Shown here: one piece after another, positions 38,000 through 50,820 of the stretch
How the letters are laid out: each line of letters begins with the position of its first letter
Position numbering within the stretch: the stretch's first letter is position 1
Source of the DNA: Heptranchias perlo
Taxonomy: Eukaryota
NCBI RefSeq assembly: GCF_035084215.1
Contig: NC_090355.1
Span: 21,824,001-21,888,000 of the forward strand
Length of the DNA stretch: 64,000 bases
Direction of reading: 5' to 3'
The notes under the pieces: generated by a model
The model's input: only the letters and a program-made list of their open reading frames with translations
Told to the model about the DNA's origin: nothing
Databases searched by the model: none
Position numbers and translations under genes: made by a program

Positions 38000-38770
38000 G
38001 AAAAGTTGCAGGGGGATTGAAGATGGAAAGCTTGAATGGTTGAGGGATGGACTTCCAGAAGAAAGCAGCACTGTGGCTGATGGATCAGCCACTGATGTGG
38101 GAGCTGAGAGAAGTAAGTAGTAAGGAGTAACCCCCAGTGTCAGGAGGAGTGGGTGGTGTGTGTACATGCGCTATATCTGGAAGATATTACCGAGCTAAGG
38201 TGCGATGAGGCTGTGGAGGGATTTGAAAGTAAAATTAAGGATGAAGATCACGGCATTCTGAAATGAGCTGTAATTTGTGGTGGTGCTGGCTCAGACAGTA
38301 ATGCTATGCGAGAGCAATGTTATATTGGTGAAAGGTGGTGGTCTTGGCAATGGAAAGACAAAGGGGAAGGAAACTCAGCTAATGGTAAGCAATATGACAC
38401 ACCTACAGACTGAACCTGAGGTGCGAACCAAGGGTGTTAGTGGAGTCAAGGCCAGAAATGTAGCTGCTGGCTGGTGCCAAAAAGGATGGTCTTATCAACA
38501 TTAAGCTGGAGGAAATATTAGATTGTCTAAGTATTATTGTCAGCAGTGAAAGTGCAGCAAAAACCTTGGAAAAACAGAAGCATGGGGGTCAATTTTTAAG
38601 TATCCTAAGTGTACATGGGGAAAATCGAATCCTGTTCTGCCAGATTCTATCACTGACATAACATTTGATGGAAAGAGGACGAAGGATAGAGCCATGAATA
38701 CACCACAGTTTACGTTGGCATCAAAAGATAAACGTTTGGAAGAGATACATGGGTTAAAGCTGCAATTGCA
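38000..38770 (-). mobile_element. Highly degraded L2-like LINE
   Basis: Purine-rich + strand with remnants of RT-region sequence. Confidence 0.5.
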
Positions 38771-39799
38771 TACTCCCAGCAGGGAAGCCTGGTCTCCAAG
38801 GGAGTGTGGATCAGACGTAGGGCTTCCATATTGTAGCCCTAATTCTCCAACTCTCTCTCTGCAATCATAGTTCCCTGCTGGGAGCATGGGATTTTAGAGT
38901 TACTTGTAGTGTCTTGATTCCATTCATACCTTTAAAAACTAAGAAATTTAATACTGGAATTCTATCGTCAGTAACTGGCCTCAGATATTTGTAGTAGCAT
39001 GTACACTTTACTATCCATTACTATAAAACTAAAGTCACCTTCTGGTAAATGGAAGTTATATTACTACAATACTTCATGCTTGCGATTAAAACATTTAGGT
39101 TGAACAACAATTTAGATTGTAGACTGCAGCTCCTCAACCCTGTTGAAACTTGAACACAATACAAAATGAGTAATATTCAAAGAGTTTTTAAAAAGTTTGC
39201 TTGTGTGTTCAAGATCAATGATCCACATCTATGTTACAATAGGAATTTCATTTTTATAGTAGAAAATTACAAATAGAAAACAGTCAACCAGCAAACAAAT
39301 GAAACTAAAACTGCAGGTTTCTAAAACAATCATATCCATGTCAAGATGGACTGACATGGTGAACTTGCATTTGATCTTTATTACCCATGGTTTTAGAATA
39401 CTCAAAAGTAGGCTGGACTGCAGAATATATGGTTCAAACCTGAATATAAACATCAGATTCCTTTACTACAGTGAATTTTTTTTTTGCAAATCTTCCCCTA
39501 CCATTGCAATTATCCCCCCTCCAATTGTGAAGAGCTGAGCCTTTCTGGGTTATGGTTCCATGGGCGCAGGATATGGATTCCATGGGTGCAGCAGCCCTTC
39601 AACATCTCACCCATGTGGCCATTCCTCTTGGGCAAGGCAAGACAGGAAGCACCAAGTTATGCTACCATGGGGAGGATCATAGCCAAGACTGATCCTGCTC
39701 TGCTCACAGCATTTCAACTAAATTTGATTGGCATCCACGAACAACATGAACAACCTGTTTTTGGTGGTGCTGGTTGGGAAAAAATTTGGCCTGGACACA

Positions 39800-40020
39800 A
39801 GAACTCCCTGCTCTTCAGAAAGAGCCATGGGCTCTTCCAAGTCCACCAGAACAGGGTCTTAGTTTATTGTCTCATCTGAAAGATGAGACCTCTCACAACA
39901 CAGCCCTCTCTCAGTACTATACCAAAATGCCAGCCAAGATTATGTGCTCAAGTTCTGGACTATGGCTTGAACCCACAATCTTCTGACTGACAAGTGAATG
40001 CCACCACTGAGCCAAGCTTA
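39800..40020 (-). mobile_element. 5' part of a Deu-domain SINE
   Basis: Reverse complement has TGGCTCAGTGG and GGGTTCAAGCC boxes and the TTTCAGATGAGAC core. Confidence 0.65.
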
Positions 40021-40740
40021 CAAGTGCAAGCACTTTTGTTTCCCTAATATACACAGCACATTTGTAAGAATTTTAAAAGCAGAGCAATTCAGCAATTTTG
40101 AAATGCACAGAATTCTTAATTCTATCAAAATACAAAAAAAACCTTACTTTCCAAACAGTATTTCAAAATGGTTGTCCATACTCTAAGAGGAAATCAGGTA
40201 TCAACTGGATTAGGTGTCATATTCCCACAGTTGAATAGCTTGCCAGTACTCACTATCAAGGCTGATAAATGAATAATGGCTACTTGGGGCAAGATACTGG
40301 ATGACATTCAGTGCCTATGGAACCACATCCCAAGATAAAAGAAAGTTATATGTATTCAGAAGGAAAAAAAAAGTAAAAACCTCCTAGATGTGCTTGACCA
40401 ACAAGAGGAAGGTTTCCAACCCGAGACAAATAAGATTGGTTAATCACTCCAACATTTTGATGAGTCAGTTACTAAGCTTCAAAATATTCAGAATACTGAA
40501 AGCAGATACAATTAGAGTCTTAATATAAATGTTCTATAAATAACAGTATTAAATAACATGCACCACTAAATGCACAGTTTGCACATTAATGGTCTAATTA
40601 TGTACAAGACTTCATGTTTCAGTATATAGATAGTTGATTCACTCTTCTGTAATAATGAACCATTCCCCAGCAACTTTAAAATCACATTAACTGATTAAAG
40701 TCAGAAAGGGCAGTAAACATTCAAGTTAATAATAAAGCAG

Positions 40741-40933
40741 TTTATTTCCAATATTTTAACCTATGAGAGTTGTAGTCACCATATTACTATATTAAAATAC
40801 AATGAAATTTGAAAACTGATCAATACAATTATTTTAATGTACAAATTTTAATTACTGGAGCACATAAATCAGCTTCTCAATATCTGCTAGCATTAAAAAC
40901 AAAGAAAAAGGCAGCCCTTTAGACCACTTTATT
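40741..40933 (-). terminator. Candidate poly(A) signals of PPP6C (AATAAA at 40933-40928 and 40746-40741; another at 39382-39377)
   Basis: AATAAA hexamers on the - strand downstream of the stop codon in AT-rich, repeat-free sequence; usage not demonstrable. Confidence 0.4.
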
Positions 40934-41049
40934 CAATTTAGCAATTAAAATATTTGATAGAATGGTTGAAATTCTACATCTTGAATCTTTTACAGTCCAT
41001 TGTGCACATTGTATTTTAAGAAAAAAATTTACCGAGAACAAAAAATATT

Positions 41050-41298
41050 TTAAAGGAAATAGGGTGTTGTTGTTCTTGGTGGAATTACACGCTCTGAATC
41101 TGGAACTGCACGAAATAGCTTTGGCTCCCTTGAGTTTACGTTGTTGAAGACCATGATTGATGCAATATTTCCACAACGATAGCAATAGTTAGGAGCAGAC
41201 CACACAGTCACCAACTTCTCATCAAACATGAATTTATATCCTTCGTGAACTAGCTGATGTGCTCGGCAGATTAGTTTCAGGTTGTTAATGTGGACAAA
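41050..41298 (-). CDS. PPP6C: PPP6C last coding exon 7 ([17 protein letters not shown]...[11 protein letters not shown]...[10 protein letters not shown])
   Basis: RAHQ and SAPNYC motifs, C-terminal YFL, TAA at 41052-41050; the seven exons sum to 918 nt in frame. Confidence 0.97.
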   Translation of the reverse strand, partial: FVHINNLKLICRAHQLVHEGYKFMFDEKLVTVWSAPNYCYRCGNIASIMVFNNVNSREPKLFRAVPDSERVIPPRTTTPYFL

Positions 41299-42101
41299 CT
41301 ACAAAACAAAAAGAAAGAAGTTTTCAAAAAAAGTTATAATCTAGAAAGGAAATACCCATGGTTGAAATTTATTATATTTAGTTCAAATACCAAAGTTGAA
41401 GAGCAGAAGAGAGGAGCAGACAGCCACTTGGTGTTCCATTACTGAATTAAAAGGAAAGTTTGAAGTAGTGCCCATTGTAGACCAAGAGGTGCGTGCAGTG
41501 TTGTCATCAGACTTATGGTGCATAATGACACCAATACATTTTGAAGGAGGGAAAAAAATCTTGAAAGTCAATAAGCTTTTCCAACAAGTAGCCAATACAT
41601 ATAGATCAGAAAGTCTAATATACGTCCTCTGCTGAGTCAACCTATCTCAGCCAGAATAGCAATGAAGGTTTGTGCAGTTGATTTCAGAGGTCCTCGGTTG
41701 GTGGGGGGGTGAGGGAGAAAAGGGAAAAGGGAAAAAAACTCTCCAGTGGCCTTGAGTCATCCTGAATGGTTATCGTAGTGATACACCTGTAACCATCAGT
41801 ACTTGACCCTTTTGTTGGACAGCTCAATATTTTCTCCAGACAACCTTTGAGAGTCATGTCTCCTAATTTCAAACAAAACCCAGGTTACAAAAACACTTCG
41901 TACAACAGAAAGTATGAAACAATGGTTTTACCTAAATATTCTAACCTTCAGAAGTATTTTGGTGAAGCATAACAGTTAATACTGTTATTTTTTAAAAATT
42001 GGCTTTGTCTCCCACCCATAAAATACAGTAGTGAGACTCAGATTGCATAACTCTTCAAGACATGGAAGCACTTTATTGAGAGTCTGTAGTTTGACACTTA
42101 C

Positions 42102-42311
42102 CTCATTTGTAACCTTTGCCCCAAACAGCCAGCCTGCTCCCCGAGGACTGATGGCCCAGGTATCCACATCCTCAGGATCTGACCATACAAGGTCACAGAA
42201 GGCTCCTTTGTGTGGGATCTCCTGGTTACGTTCAATTGTTCGGATCTGATCTAGAGTCTTGATATCAGGAGAAAGTCCACCATGCACACATAAGATTTGT
42301 TCATCTATCAA
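42102..42311 (-). CDS. PPP6C: PPP6C exon 6 ([70 protein letters not shown])
   Basis: ORF track 41985..42311 contains HGGLSP and WSDP motifs; GTAAGT donor at 42101; 210 nt. Confidence 0.98.
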
Positions 42312-42444
42312 CTGATACAGAAAAACACAAATTAATTGCCTTTGTAATCAAATGCCCTATAAAAATATTATGGCCTCGACAATGCCTGGGGAAGTGGGGG
42401 CAGAAATAATTAATCCTCAAAGTATAGATACTGTATATTTATCT

Positions 42445-43480
42445 CTAAAATCATACAAATTGATAACAAAGAAGCCAGTCGACCCATCATGTCGGTGCTG
42501 GCTCTTCGCTGGAGCAATCCAAAACTAGTCCCACTCTCTCCCCATAGTCCTGTATCTTCCTCTGCATCAAATATTTATCCAATTTTCCCTTCAAACAGTG
42601 CAATAACCTCTGCCTTAAATCACTCACTGATGCAAAGCACTACATTGTGCAACAACCCAGTGTTATTGAAGAAATTTCTCCTAACCTCTCTCCTCACTCA
42701 AAGACAATTGTAAAATTAATGGCCTCTCACTGATTCCATAACTGAAGGAAATAACCTTTTATTCACTATCAAAACCTTTCAGAATTTTAAAAACTTCTGT
42801 TAAATCTCCTTTTAACCTTTTCTGCTCAAGTGCTGAGTCCCAATATCGCAAAAGATGTAATAAATTAGATAGCCTGGTGGTGAAGGATGGAATACCAGAG
42901 CCTGATCTTCAATTGCTTCCAAGCCTTTATTCAGAGCTCCATACAACAACCCCCATCACACACACGAGATCAGCTCTCTTATAAATGGATACAAGAGGGA
43001 GTTCAAAATTGATATGCACCACTTGAATACAATTAGCACTAATTGATATAAATCACGGATACAATTAAGAAAAGGTCTCCTCATGGACACAGTTCCCCAG
43101 CCAGAGCATCATCCTGGTCAATCTACACTGTGCACTCTCTCTGGCTTGAACATCCTTTCGATAACAGGGTTCCCAAAACTGCACTTAGCATTCTATGGTC
43201 TAACCAATCTTTTATACAAATTTATTTCTTCTGTACTTTATGCCCCTATTTATTATCAAGTCCAAAATGCTGCAGGGTTTCTTTTTAAAAGTAGCTTTAT
43301 CTACCTGTACTATCACTTGGAGAATTATGTTTTGGAATTTCTAGCTGTTTATCCACATCCTTCAGTGTCTTTCCATTGAGTATATATTCCCATTCCTCGT
43401 TTTCCCCCCCAAAATGCACTAACTTCACATTAAATTATATCAGCCACCTGTACGCCCATCCCACTTGACAGTACGTGCTC
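42445..43480 (-). mobile_element. Old CR1 LINE 3' region in PPP6C intron 5
   Basis: Degenerate similarity to the other CR1 3' ends in the window. Confidence 0.6.
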
Positions 43481-45589
43481 GAGTTTTTTTTAAAAAATAA
43501 AACTGTTCGCTAAATTCCCTACGTGTTGCCAAATTGAGATTGTGCTCCCGATATCCAAGTCCATAATGTATGTATAAAAAAAAACAAGCAACAGATTTAT
43601 CCATTGTACATGTGCATATGCCATGCAAGTGTGAACTGAGATAACATGTCCAATAGTGGTGTCCATTACTCTTTTTATTTTAATTAACTAATCAGAAATG
43701 CATCTGATTTCCCAATTAGCCACATGACTAGTGGCCAATGTATTGGACAAGAGAACTCGGATAAGGATTTTGAAGTTGCTGCACTGGGGGTAGGGGAGCC
43801 ATTTCAGGCTGATGTGAGCAGAAGTGATAGGTGAGTGGGACTTTGTATGGAATAGGATGTGTGCATTAGAATTCGAGGAGTTATGTACAGTGGATCTGCA
43901 GAGGCTGGCCTGGAGAGCATTGGAGAAGTCAAGCCTGGAGTGAGGGCATCAATCAGGTTTTCATTGATTTGGGTGGGGGGGGGGGTGAGCATGGCCACTT
44001 TAAGGCAGGAATGATGTCACCACCTTCGACTTCAGTGAGAAATAGCGCTTTTAAAAAGGGTTCAAATTATCAGCCCATTTTTTAAAAACTTTGTATTGTG
44101 AATTAATTGTTCTGTATAATGTACGATTTCCAAAGCATGGTACTAAGAAATTTGAAAAAAATTTATGCACACAAAAGTATATATTAATACATGTGGAGGG
44201 AGATTACCCTGGCTTCAATGTGTGTTTTACAGCAAAAAAGCTTAAGTACAGTTTTATGCTGATGGAACCAAAATCTGAATTTTCAGTTGCTTTGAACCCT
44301 GGAGGGAGAGGAGAACAAAGCCTTGGAAGCCTCCCTGACCCATCATCCATGTCCACACTTATCTATATTGGTTTGTATATGTTAAGTAAATGCACACATG
44401 AATTACATTTAACTGTATCATGAGTGTATGGAAGGAATTTCTTTTTACCAAAGTTAGTGCATGTGACTAAAACGGTATTACACTGCTACACCTGCTGCTC
44501 ATCAGCAATTTCTATGGGACAACACTGTCCTAGTTTATTAATTGCTCCAGTCTTAGAGATCCTAATTGTTCAACTTTAAGCCATACATCCCAGAATGCAC
44601 CTCCACAGGGCTAACTCCAGCCTAGTGTGCATCCTTGCCATTCCCTCTGCTCCGACATGTGTGGCAGAACTTTCAGCCATCCCATTATGCACTTGGAAAT
44701 TTTCCTCCAAAACTCCTCCACCTTGCTACATCTCTCCCCACGCTAAAAACCTCCTAACAGTCTTAACACACTTTCGGCCACCTCCCTTTACTAACTCCTG
44801 TCCATTCCTCTCCAAGCCCCCAATCCACCTCAACCCGTTTTTGTGAAGTGTCTTGGCACGTTTTGGTACGGTGAAGCCACCATACAAGTGCAAGTAGTAG
44901 TAAAGCATAAGTTAGATGCAGGGTAATCTCCCTCCACATGTCCATGTGTCTCGCATCCAGATTTTGAAATTTTACAATTTCCACTACTGGATCCTACTGG
45001 CTGAAATGGGATGGCACAAGCAGTGGTGTAACTACAACCGGTCAAACCAGGCTAAGACTGACTGTTAAGGGTACTGAGTGATATTGGTTTGGACAGCTAC
45101 GTTCATCCATCTGGGCTGGATCTTAAACAAAAAGCAATGAGAAAAAAACGACAACATAACATGGTGGAAAAAATGGTAATCAATTTGGTTGCATTACAGT
45201 TTTTGACTGAATGAAAGTCTAAGTTCTATTTATTCTTCCATTACATAAAATGATTATTCCTTCATGAAAATTACAGGTAACTTTCTCAAACATTAATTCA
45301 TAATATTCTTGGAACAAAGTATGGAGCAGAACTCTGCATTTCTTTATTTCTAGCCATGACTAAAAGCCTACATTTAGATTCTTGTTCTGTGACAAGATTT
45401 GTCAGGCAGTGCATGGAACAGCACATTAGCCCAGATGGTCTGAAAAGTGACTGCCATAACAATGGACCTTCTTGTGGAATCTCTTGTTTCAGCATGTCAA
45501 ATTTCACTTTGAAGTGCAAATGCTCCTTTTACGACCAAAGAATTAAAAACTACAGTAGACTTGGATTACAGCGATTGATTTTTGCAAGT

Positions 45590-45960
45590 TCACAGAGGAA
45601 CAGGAATAGGCCATTCAGCCCCTCAAGCCTGTTCCACATTCAATGAGATCATAGCTGATCTGTATCATAACTCCATCTACCCACCTTGATTCTGTAATCC
45701 TTAATACACTTGCCGAACAAAAATCTCTCTTTTGAAATTTTAAATTGAACTACCCACAACAGCTTTTTTTGTGTGGGGGGTGGGGGGTGGAATTCCACTA
45801 CCCTTTGTGTCAAGAAGTGTTTTCTGACATAACCCCTGTATGACCTAACTCTAATTTTAAGGTTATGCCCTTTGGTACTGGACTCCCCCACCAGAGGAAA
45901 TAGCATAGATAGAGAGAAACTATCATTTCCTTTGATCATTTTCAACACCTCAGTCAGATC
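45590..45960 (-). mobile_element. CR1 LINE 3' end
   Basis: ORF 45649..45948 FPLVGESSTKGHNLKIR...RKHFLTQRVV. Confidence 0.85.
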
Positions 45961-46487
45961 TTAAACACTGACTGATCACAATACCAGAAGCTATATTGAA
46001 GTAAGCTGTTACACTTAAAATTCCATTGATCTCAAAAGTATCTCAATCCCCTAAATACTGGAGTTACCAGAAAGTACTGCTGAATGCACCAATACACTAT
46101 TGTACATTCAACATCTGCTCATTCACCCTTAAAAATGTACTCATGTTTGAAGTGTTCAGTGAGAAGAGCACTTGTTGAATTTACAGCAACCAACTGGAAT
46201 ACTCTAATTATTAAAGGGAATGCTAAGCTTCACTTAGAAGATGTCTTCTTCTGAATACAAACGAGTGGTACTGCACCTCTAAACAGAAGTCAATTGCCTC
46301 AGCACAAGAAATCCCAGCAGCTTAGGTTACTCTTGCCAAACAAAGTTCCATTCTGTTTCACTACTGTGGAGCCCCCTAGTGTTAACAATTCTTTTGTACA
46401 AGGGGTGCTAATCTCCTTACTTTCAATTTTGATAGAATACATCCCAAGTACTTCACACAATTTCTCAACATAAACATATCTACTTAC

Positions 46488-46567
46488 AGCTGCTACTGTG
46501 AGCATGTCGAAGACTTTGGTACAGTACCGCCAAGCATTAGCATTTCCATACTTTGTTTGGCACTCAT
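46488..46567 (-). CDS. PPP6C: PPP6C exon 5 ([27 protein letters not shown])
   Basis: Translation matches PP6C; AG/GTAAGT boundaries; 80 nt. Confidence 0.97.
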
Positions 46568-46725
46568 CTGTTAAAGCAAACCATGTTTAGTTTTTTGAAC
46601 ATTCAAAATACTGGAATTTGACAAAAGCTTGAATCAAGAAATTTTAAAGTTTTCTTTCCCCCCAAAACTTTAAAAAGCCCGCTCAATTTTTTCACTCATG
46701 TTAAAACTATCTATTTACTAATTAC

Positions 46726-46867
46726 CATAGAACCCGTAGACTTGGGTGATCTGTCTGCTTTCGTGATTTCCTCTGAGGAGTGTGATGCGATCAGGCCATT
46801 TCGCCTTCAATGCAAGGAGGTAGGTGAAAGTTTCAAGACTATAATACCCTCTGTCCACAAAGTCACC
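46726..46867 (-). CDS. PPP6C: PPP6C exon 4 ([47 protein letters not shown])
   Basis: GDFVDRG and RGNHE catalytic motifs; AG/GT boundaries; 142 nt. Confidence 0.97.
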
Positions 46868-47360
46868 CTGTTAAAGTGGCAATGATGTTAGTATCACAAG
46901 TGATTTTTAAAAATATGTAGGAAGTAAATAGGAAGCAAAGCTCAGAAAAACATATTTGGACTTGTATAACATGAGAAATATGGGACTAGTCCTGCAATCA
47001 ATAACTTATATATGATCTGGGCAGGCAGCTATTATACTTTGTGTATCTAAATAATTTTGAAACAATACACAAATTTAAACTTGAAATAAACGGTGCAATA
47101 TGCAGTTTGAACATTCATTTTTGATGTTCAGGTTCATATTTAACAGCCCCTCTGTTTCATATTTAATACCAACAAGTCCTCATGTTTTCATAATGTGGTC
47201 TTACAAAAACCTTTGGATCAAATTTAGACACAAATGCAATATCAACCACCAAGATCATAGAGTCATTTAATAAACTTTGCAACTGAACTCTTTTTACAAA
47301 AAAGAGTTTTAAAACTCTTCAAAGAATTTATGGTTCAATATCTTACAAACACATCCTTAC

Positions 47361-47426
47361 CATAAAAATATAATTTGTGTCAGGAACCTGACCTCCAGTT
47401 CTGAACAGCTCACCCAAGTCATAAAA
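47361..47426 (-). CDS. PPP6C: PPP6C exon 3 ([22 protein letters not shown])
   Basis: Translation matches PP6C; AG/GTAAG boundaries; 66 nt. Confidence 0.96.
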
Positions 47427-47514
47427 CTGCAAAACATTAAAAATTTGTCAAGAAGTTGAACATATTGCACATTCTGAACATAAAGTCCATTGCAAAAACA
47501 AAAGGAATTAATAG

Positions 47515-48670
47515 CGGAACATAGGAACAGGAGTTGGCCATTTAGCTGCCATTCATTCAATGAGATCCTGGCTGATCTGTAACCGAACTCCATATAGCCA
47601 CCTTCGCCCCATCTCCCTTAATACCTTTGGTTAACAAAAAAAAAATCTTAATCTCAGATTTAAAATTAACAATTGAGCTAGCATCAACTGCCGATTGCAG
47701 AAGAAAGTTCCAAACTTCTATCATCCTTTGCATGTAGAAGTGTTTCCTAACTGCACTCCTGAAAATCATGGCTCTAATTTTTAGGCTATGTCCCCTAGTC
47801 ATAGACTCCCCAAACAGCAGAAATCATTTCTCTCTATCTACCCGATACGTCCCCCTTAATATCTTGAAAACTTCGATCAGATCACCCCTTAATCTAAATT
47901 CCAGGCAATAACAACCCTAGTTTAACCCTTGGAGTCCAGGTATCATTTGAGTAAATCTACACTGCACTCCCTCCAAGGCCAGTATATCTTTCCTAAGGTG
48001 CGGTGCCCAGAACTGAACACAGTACTCCAGGTGTGGTCTAACCAGGGCTTTGTATTGCTGCAGCATAACTTCTGCCAAATTGTATCGTAGTCCTCTATAC
48101 ATAAAGGCCTGCATTCTTTTCTGTACTTGTCCATGACATTTTAATGATCTATGTACATGGACCCCCAAGTCTCTTTGGACATCCACTGTTTTGAGCTTTT
48201 CACCATTTAGAAAGTACTCTGATCTATCCTTTTAAGGTCCAAAGTGGATGACCTCACACTTGCCTACACTGAAATCCATTTGTCACAGTTTTGCCTATTC
48301 ACTTCATCTATTAAAATCTCTGTATTTTATGCTTCCATCCACACTGCTGCTTGACATCGGCAAACTTGGATATGTGGCTCTCTATCCAGTCATCTAAGTC
48401 GTTAATGAATATAGTGAATAGCTGAGGCCCCAACACAGATCACTGTAGGACACCACTCGTCACATCCTTCCAATTTGAGCACTTGCCCATTATCGCGACT
48501 CTCTGTCTCCTGCTCCTCAGTCAATTTCCGAACCAGGTCAATAATTTGCCCTCAATTCCACAAGCTTCGACTTTAGCTAACAGTCTCTTATGGGGGACTT
48601 CACCGAAAGTACCTTCTGGAAGTCCATATAAATGACATCCATAGACATTTCCCTGACCACTACTTCAGTA
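47515..48670 (-). mobile_element. CR1 LINE RT and 3' end in PPP6C intron 2
   Basis: [22 protein letters not shown] and TRGHSLKI motifs. Confidence 0.9.
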
Positions 48671-48816
48671 AACATTAGTTCTGGATATCCCCATTACTTC
48701 AACACCTATATCCTGCACATCACAACTCATAGAAAGTTATGGCACAGGAGGCCGCCATTCGGCCCATCGTATTTGTGCCGGTCGAAAAGAGCTCGCCAGC
48801 TTAATCCCACTTCCAG

Positions 48817-49000
48817 CTTCAGCCTTATGAATAATATAAAAATGAAATCACAAAACAGTTTGAAAGAAAATCACCTTGATATGCTTATGCAGATCAAATC
48901 TCATCTGTCAAGTGCTACCTGGACAAAATATATAAAACACTGGAAGACAGGGAGAGACAGAAGAGAAAAACATCTGAACCAGAGACAGTCACCCTCTTCT
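48817..49000 (+). mobile_element. hAT transposase C-terminal dimerisation-domain fragment
   Basis: FSLMNNIKMKSQNSLKENHLDMLMQIK within ORF 48632..49081 resembles the hATC consensus FS.MN.IK...RN.L....L..LM.I. Confidence 0.6.
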
Positions 49001-49069
49001 CCATCATCTGGCCTGTCATCTTTAGCCCTGTATGTTGGGGCACTTATAGTGCACATCCATGGACGTTTT

Positions 49070-50820
49070 AAAATGGGTTGAGGGTTTCTGCCTCTACCAC
49101 CCTTTCAGGCAGTGAGTTCCACACCCCCACCACCCACTGGGTGAACAAATTTCTCCTCAGTTCCCATCTAATCCTTCTACCAATTACTTTAAATCTATGC
49201 CCCCTGGTCACTGACCCCTCTGCTAAGGGAAATAGGTCCTCCGTATCCACTCTATCTAGTCCAGTCATAATTTTATATGCCTCAATTAAACATCCCCTCA
49301 GCCTCTTTTGTTCCAAAGAAAACAACCCCATCCTATCCAATCTTTTCTCATAGCTAAAATTCTCCAGCCCTGGCAACATCCTTGTAAATCTCCTCTGTAC
49401 CCTCTCTCGTGCAATCACATCTTTCCTGTAATGTGAACAGAACTGTACACAGTACTCAACCTGTGGCCTAACTAGTGTTTTATACAGTTCTAACCTGCTC
49501 TTATATTCTATGCCTTGACTAATAAAGGAAAGTATCCCGTATGCCTTCTTAACCACCTTATCTACATTTCCTGCTACCTTCAGGGATCTGTTGACATGCA
49601 CGCCAAGGTCCCTCTCTTCCTCGATGCCTCTCAGTATCCTCCCTTTTATATTTGTATTCCCTTGCCTTGTATGCCCTCCCCAAATGCATCACCTCACACT
49701 TCTCCAGATTGAATTCCATTTGCCACTTTTCTGCCCACCTGATCAGTCTAACCTCGATGGTGGACAAATTATTGGAATCAATTCTGAGGGACAGTTTTTG
49801 GATCATCTGCAAACTTCTTGATCATGCCCCCTACATTCAAGTCCAAATCATGAATAAATACCACAAAAAGCAAGGGACCTGGTACTGAGCCCTGTGGAAC
49901 TTGAATAGAAACAGCCTTCCAGTCACAAAAACACCAGTCGACCATTACCCTTTGCTTCCTGCCACTGAGCCAATTTTGGATCCAACTTGCCACTTTCCCT
50001 TGGATCCCATGGGCCTTTACTTTTTTTGACCAGTCTGCCATGAGGGATCTTGTCGAAAGCCTTGTTAAAATCCACAAAGTCTACACTAAACACATTACCC
50101 TCATCTACCTTCCTTGTTACTTCCTCAAAAAAGTCATTCAAGTTAGTCAGACACTACCTTCCCTTAACAAATTCATGCTGACTGTCCTTGATTAACCCGT
50201 GCTTTTCTAAATGATGATTTATACTGTCCCTCAGAATTGATTCCAATAATTTGCCCACCACTGAGATTAGACTGACTGGCCTATAATTACTCTGTCTATC
50301 CTTTTCTCCCTTTCTGAACAACAGTACAACGTTAGCAGTCCTCCAATCCTCCGGCAGCACGCCTGTAGCCAGGGAATATTGGAAAAAGATGGTCAGAGCC
50401 TCCGTTATTTCCTCTCTTGCATCTCTTAACAGCCTGGGATACATTTCATCTGGGCCTGGCGATTGATCTACTTTCAAAGATTCTAAACCCTTTAATACTT
50501 CCTCTCTCACTATGTTAACCCCGTCCAATATTTCACACAACGACAATCTCTGCATCATCCCCCTCTTTTGTGAAGACAGACTCAAAGTAGTCATTAAGAA
50601 CCATACCCACCTCTTCTGCCTCCACATATAGGTTGCCTTTTTGGTTTCTAATAGGCCCTATCCTTTCCTTAGTTATTCTCTTACTCTTTCTGTATTTATA
50701 AAACATCTTTGCATTTTCCTTGATTTTGCTGGCCAATATTTTTTCATACCCTCTCTTTGCTTTCCTAATTTCCTTTTTAATTTCACCCCTGCACTTTCAA
50801 TACTCCTCTGGGCTTTCTGC
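49070..50820 (-). mobile_element. CR1 LINE ORF2 (RT) fragment; its 3' tip lies at about 48725-48816
   Basis: SPGPDEMYPR, PEDWRTANV, NYRPVSL, DFNKAFDKIPH, VPQGSV, KFADD and LYKTLVRP motifs. Confidence 0.92.

Noticed and set aside
41985-42101. Extension of PPP6C exon 6 in the ORF track
   Set aside because: Intronic read-through past the GTAAGT donor
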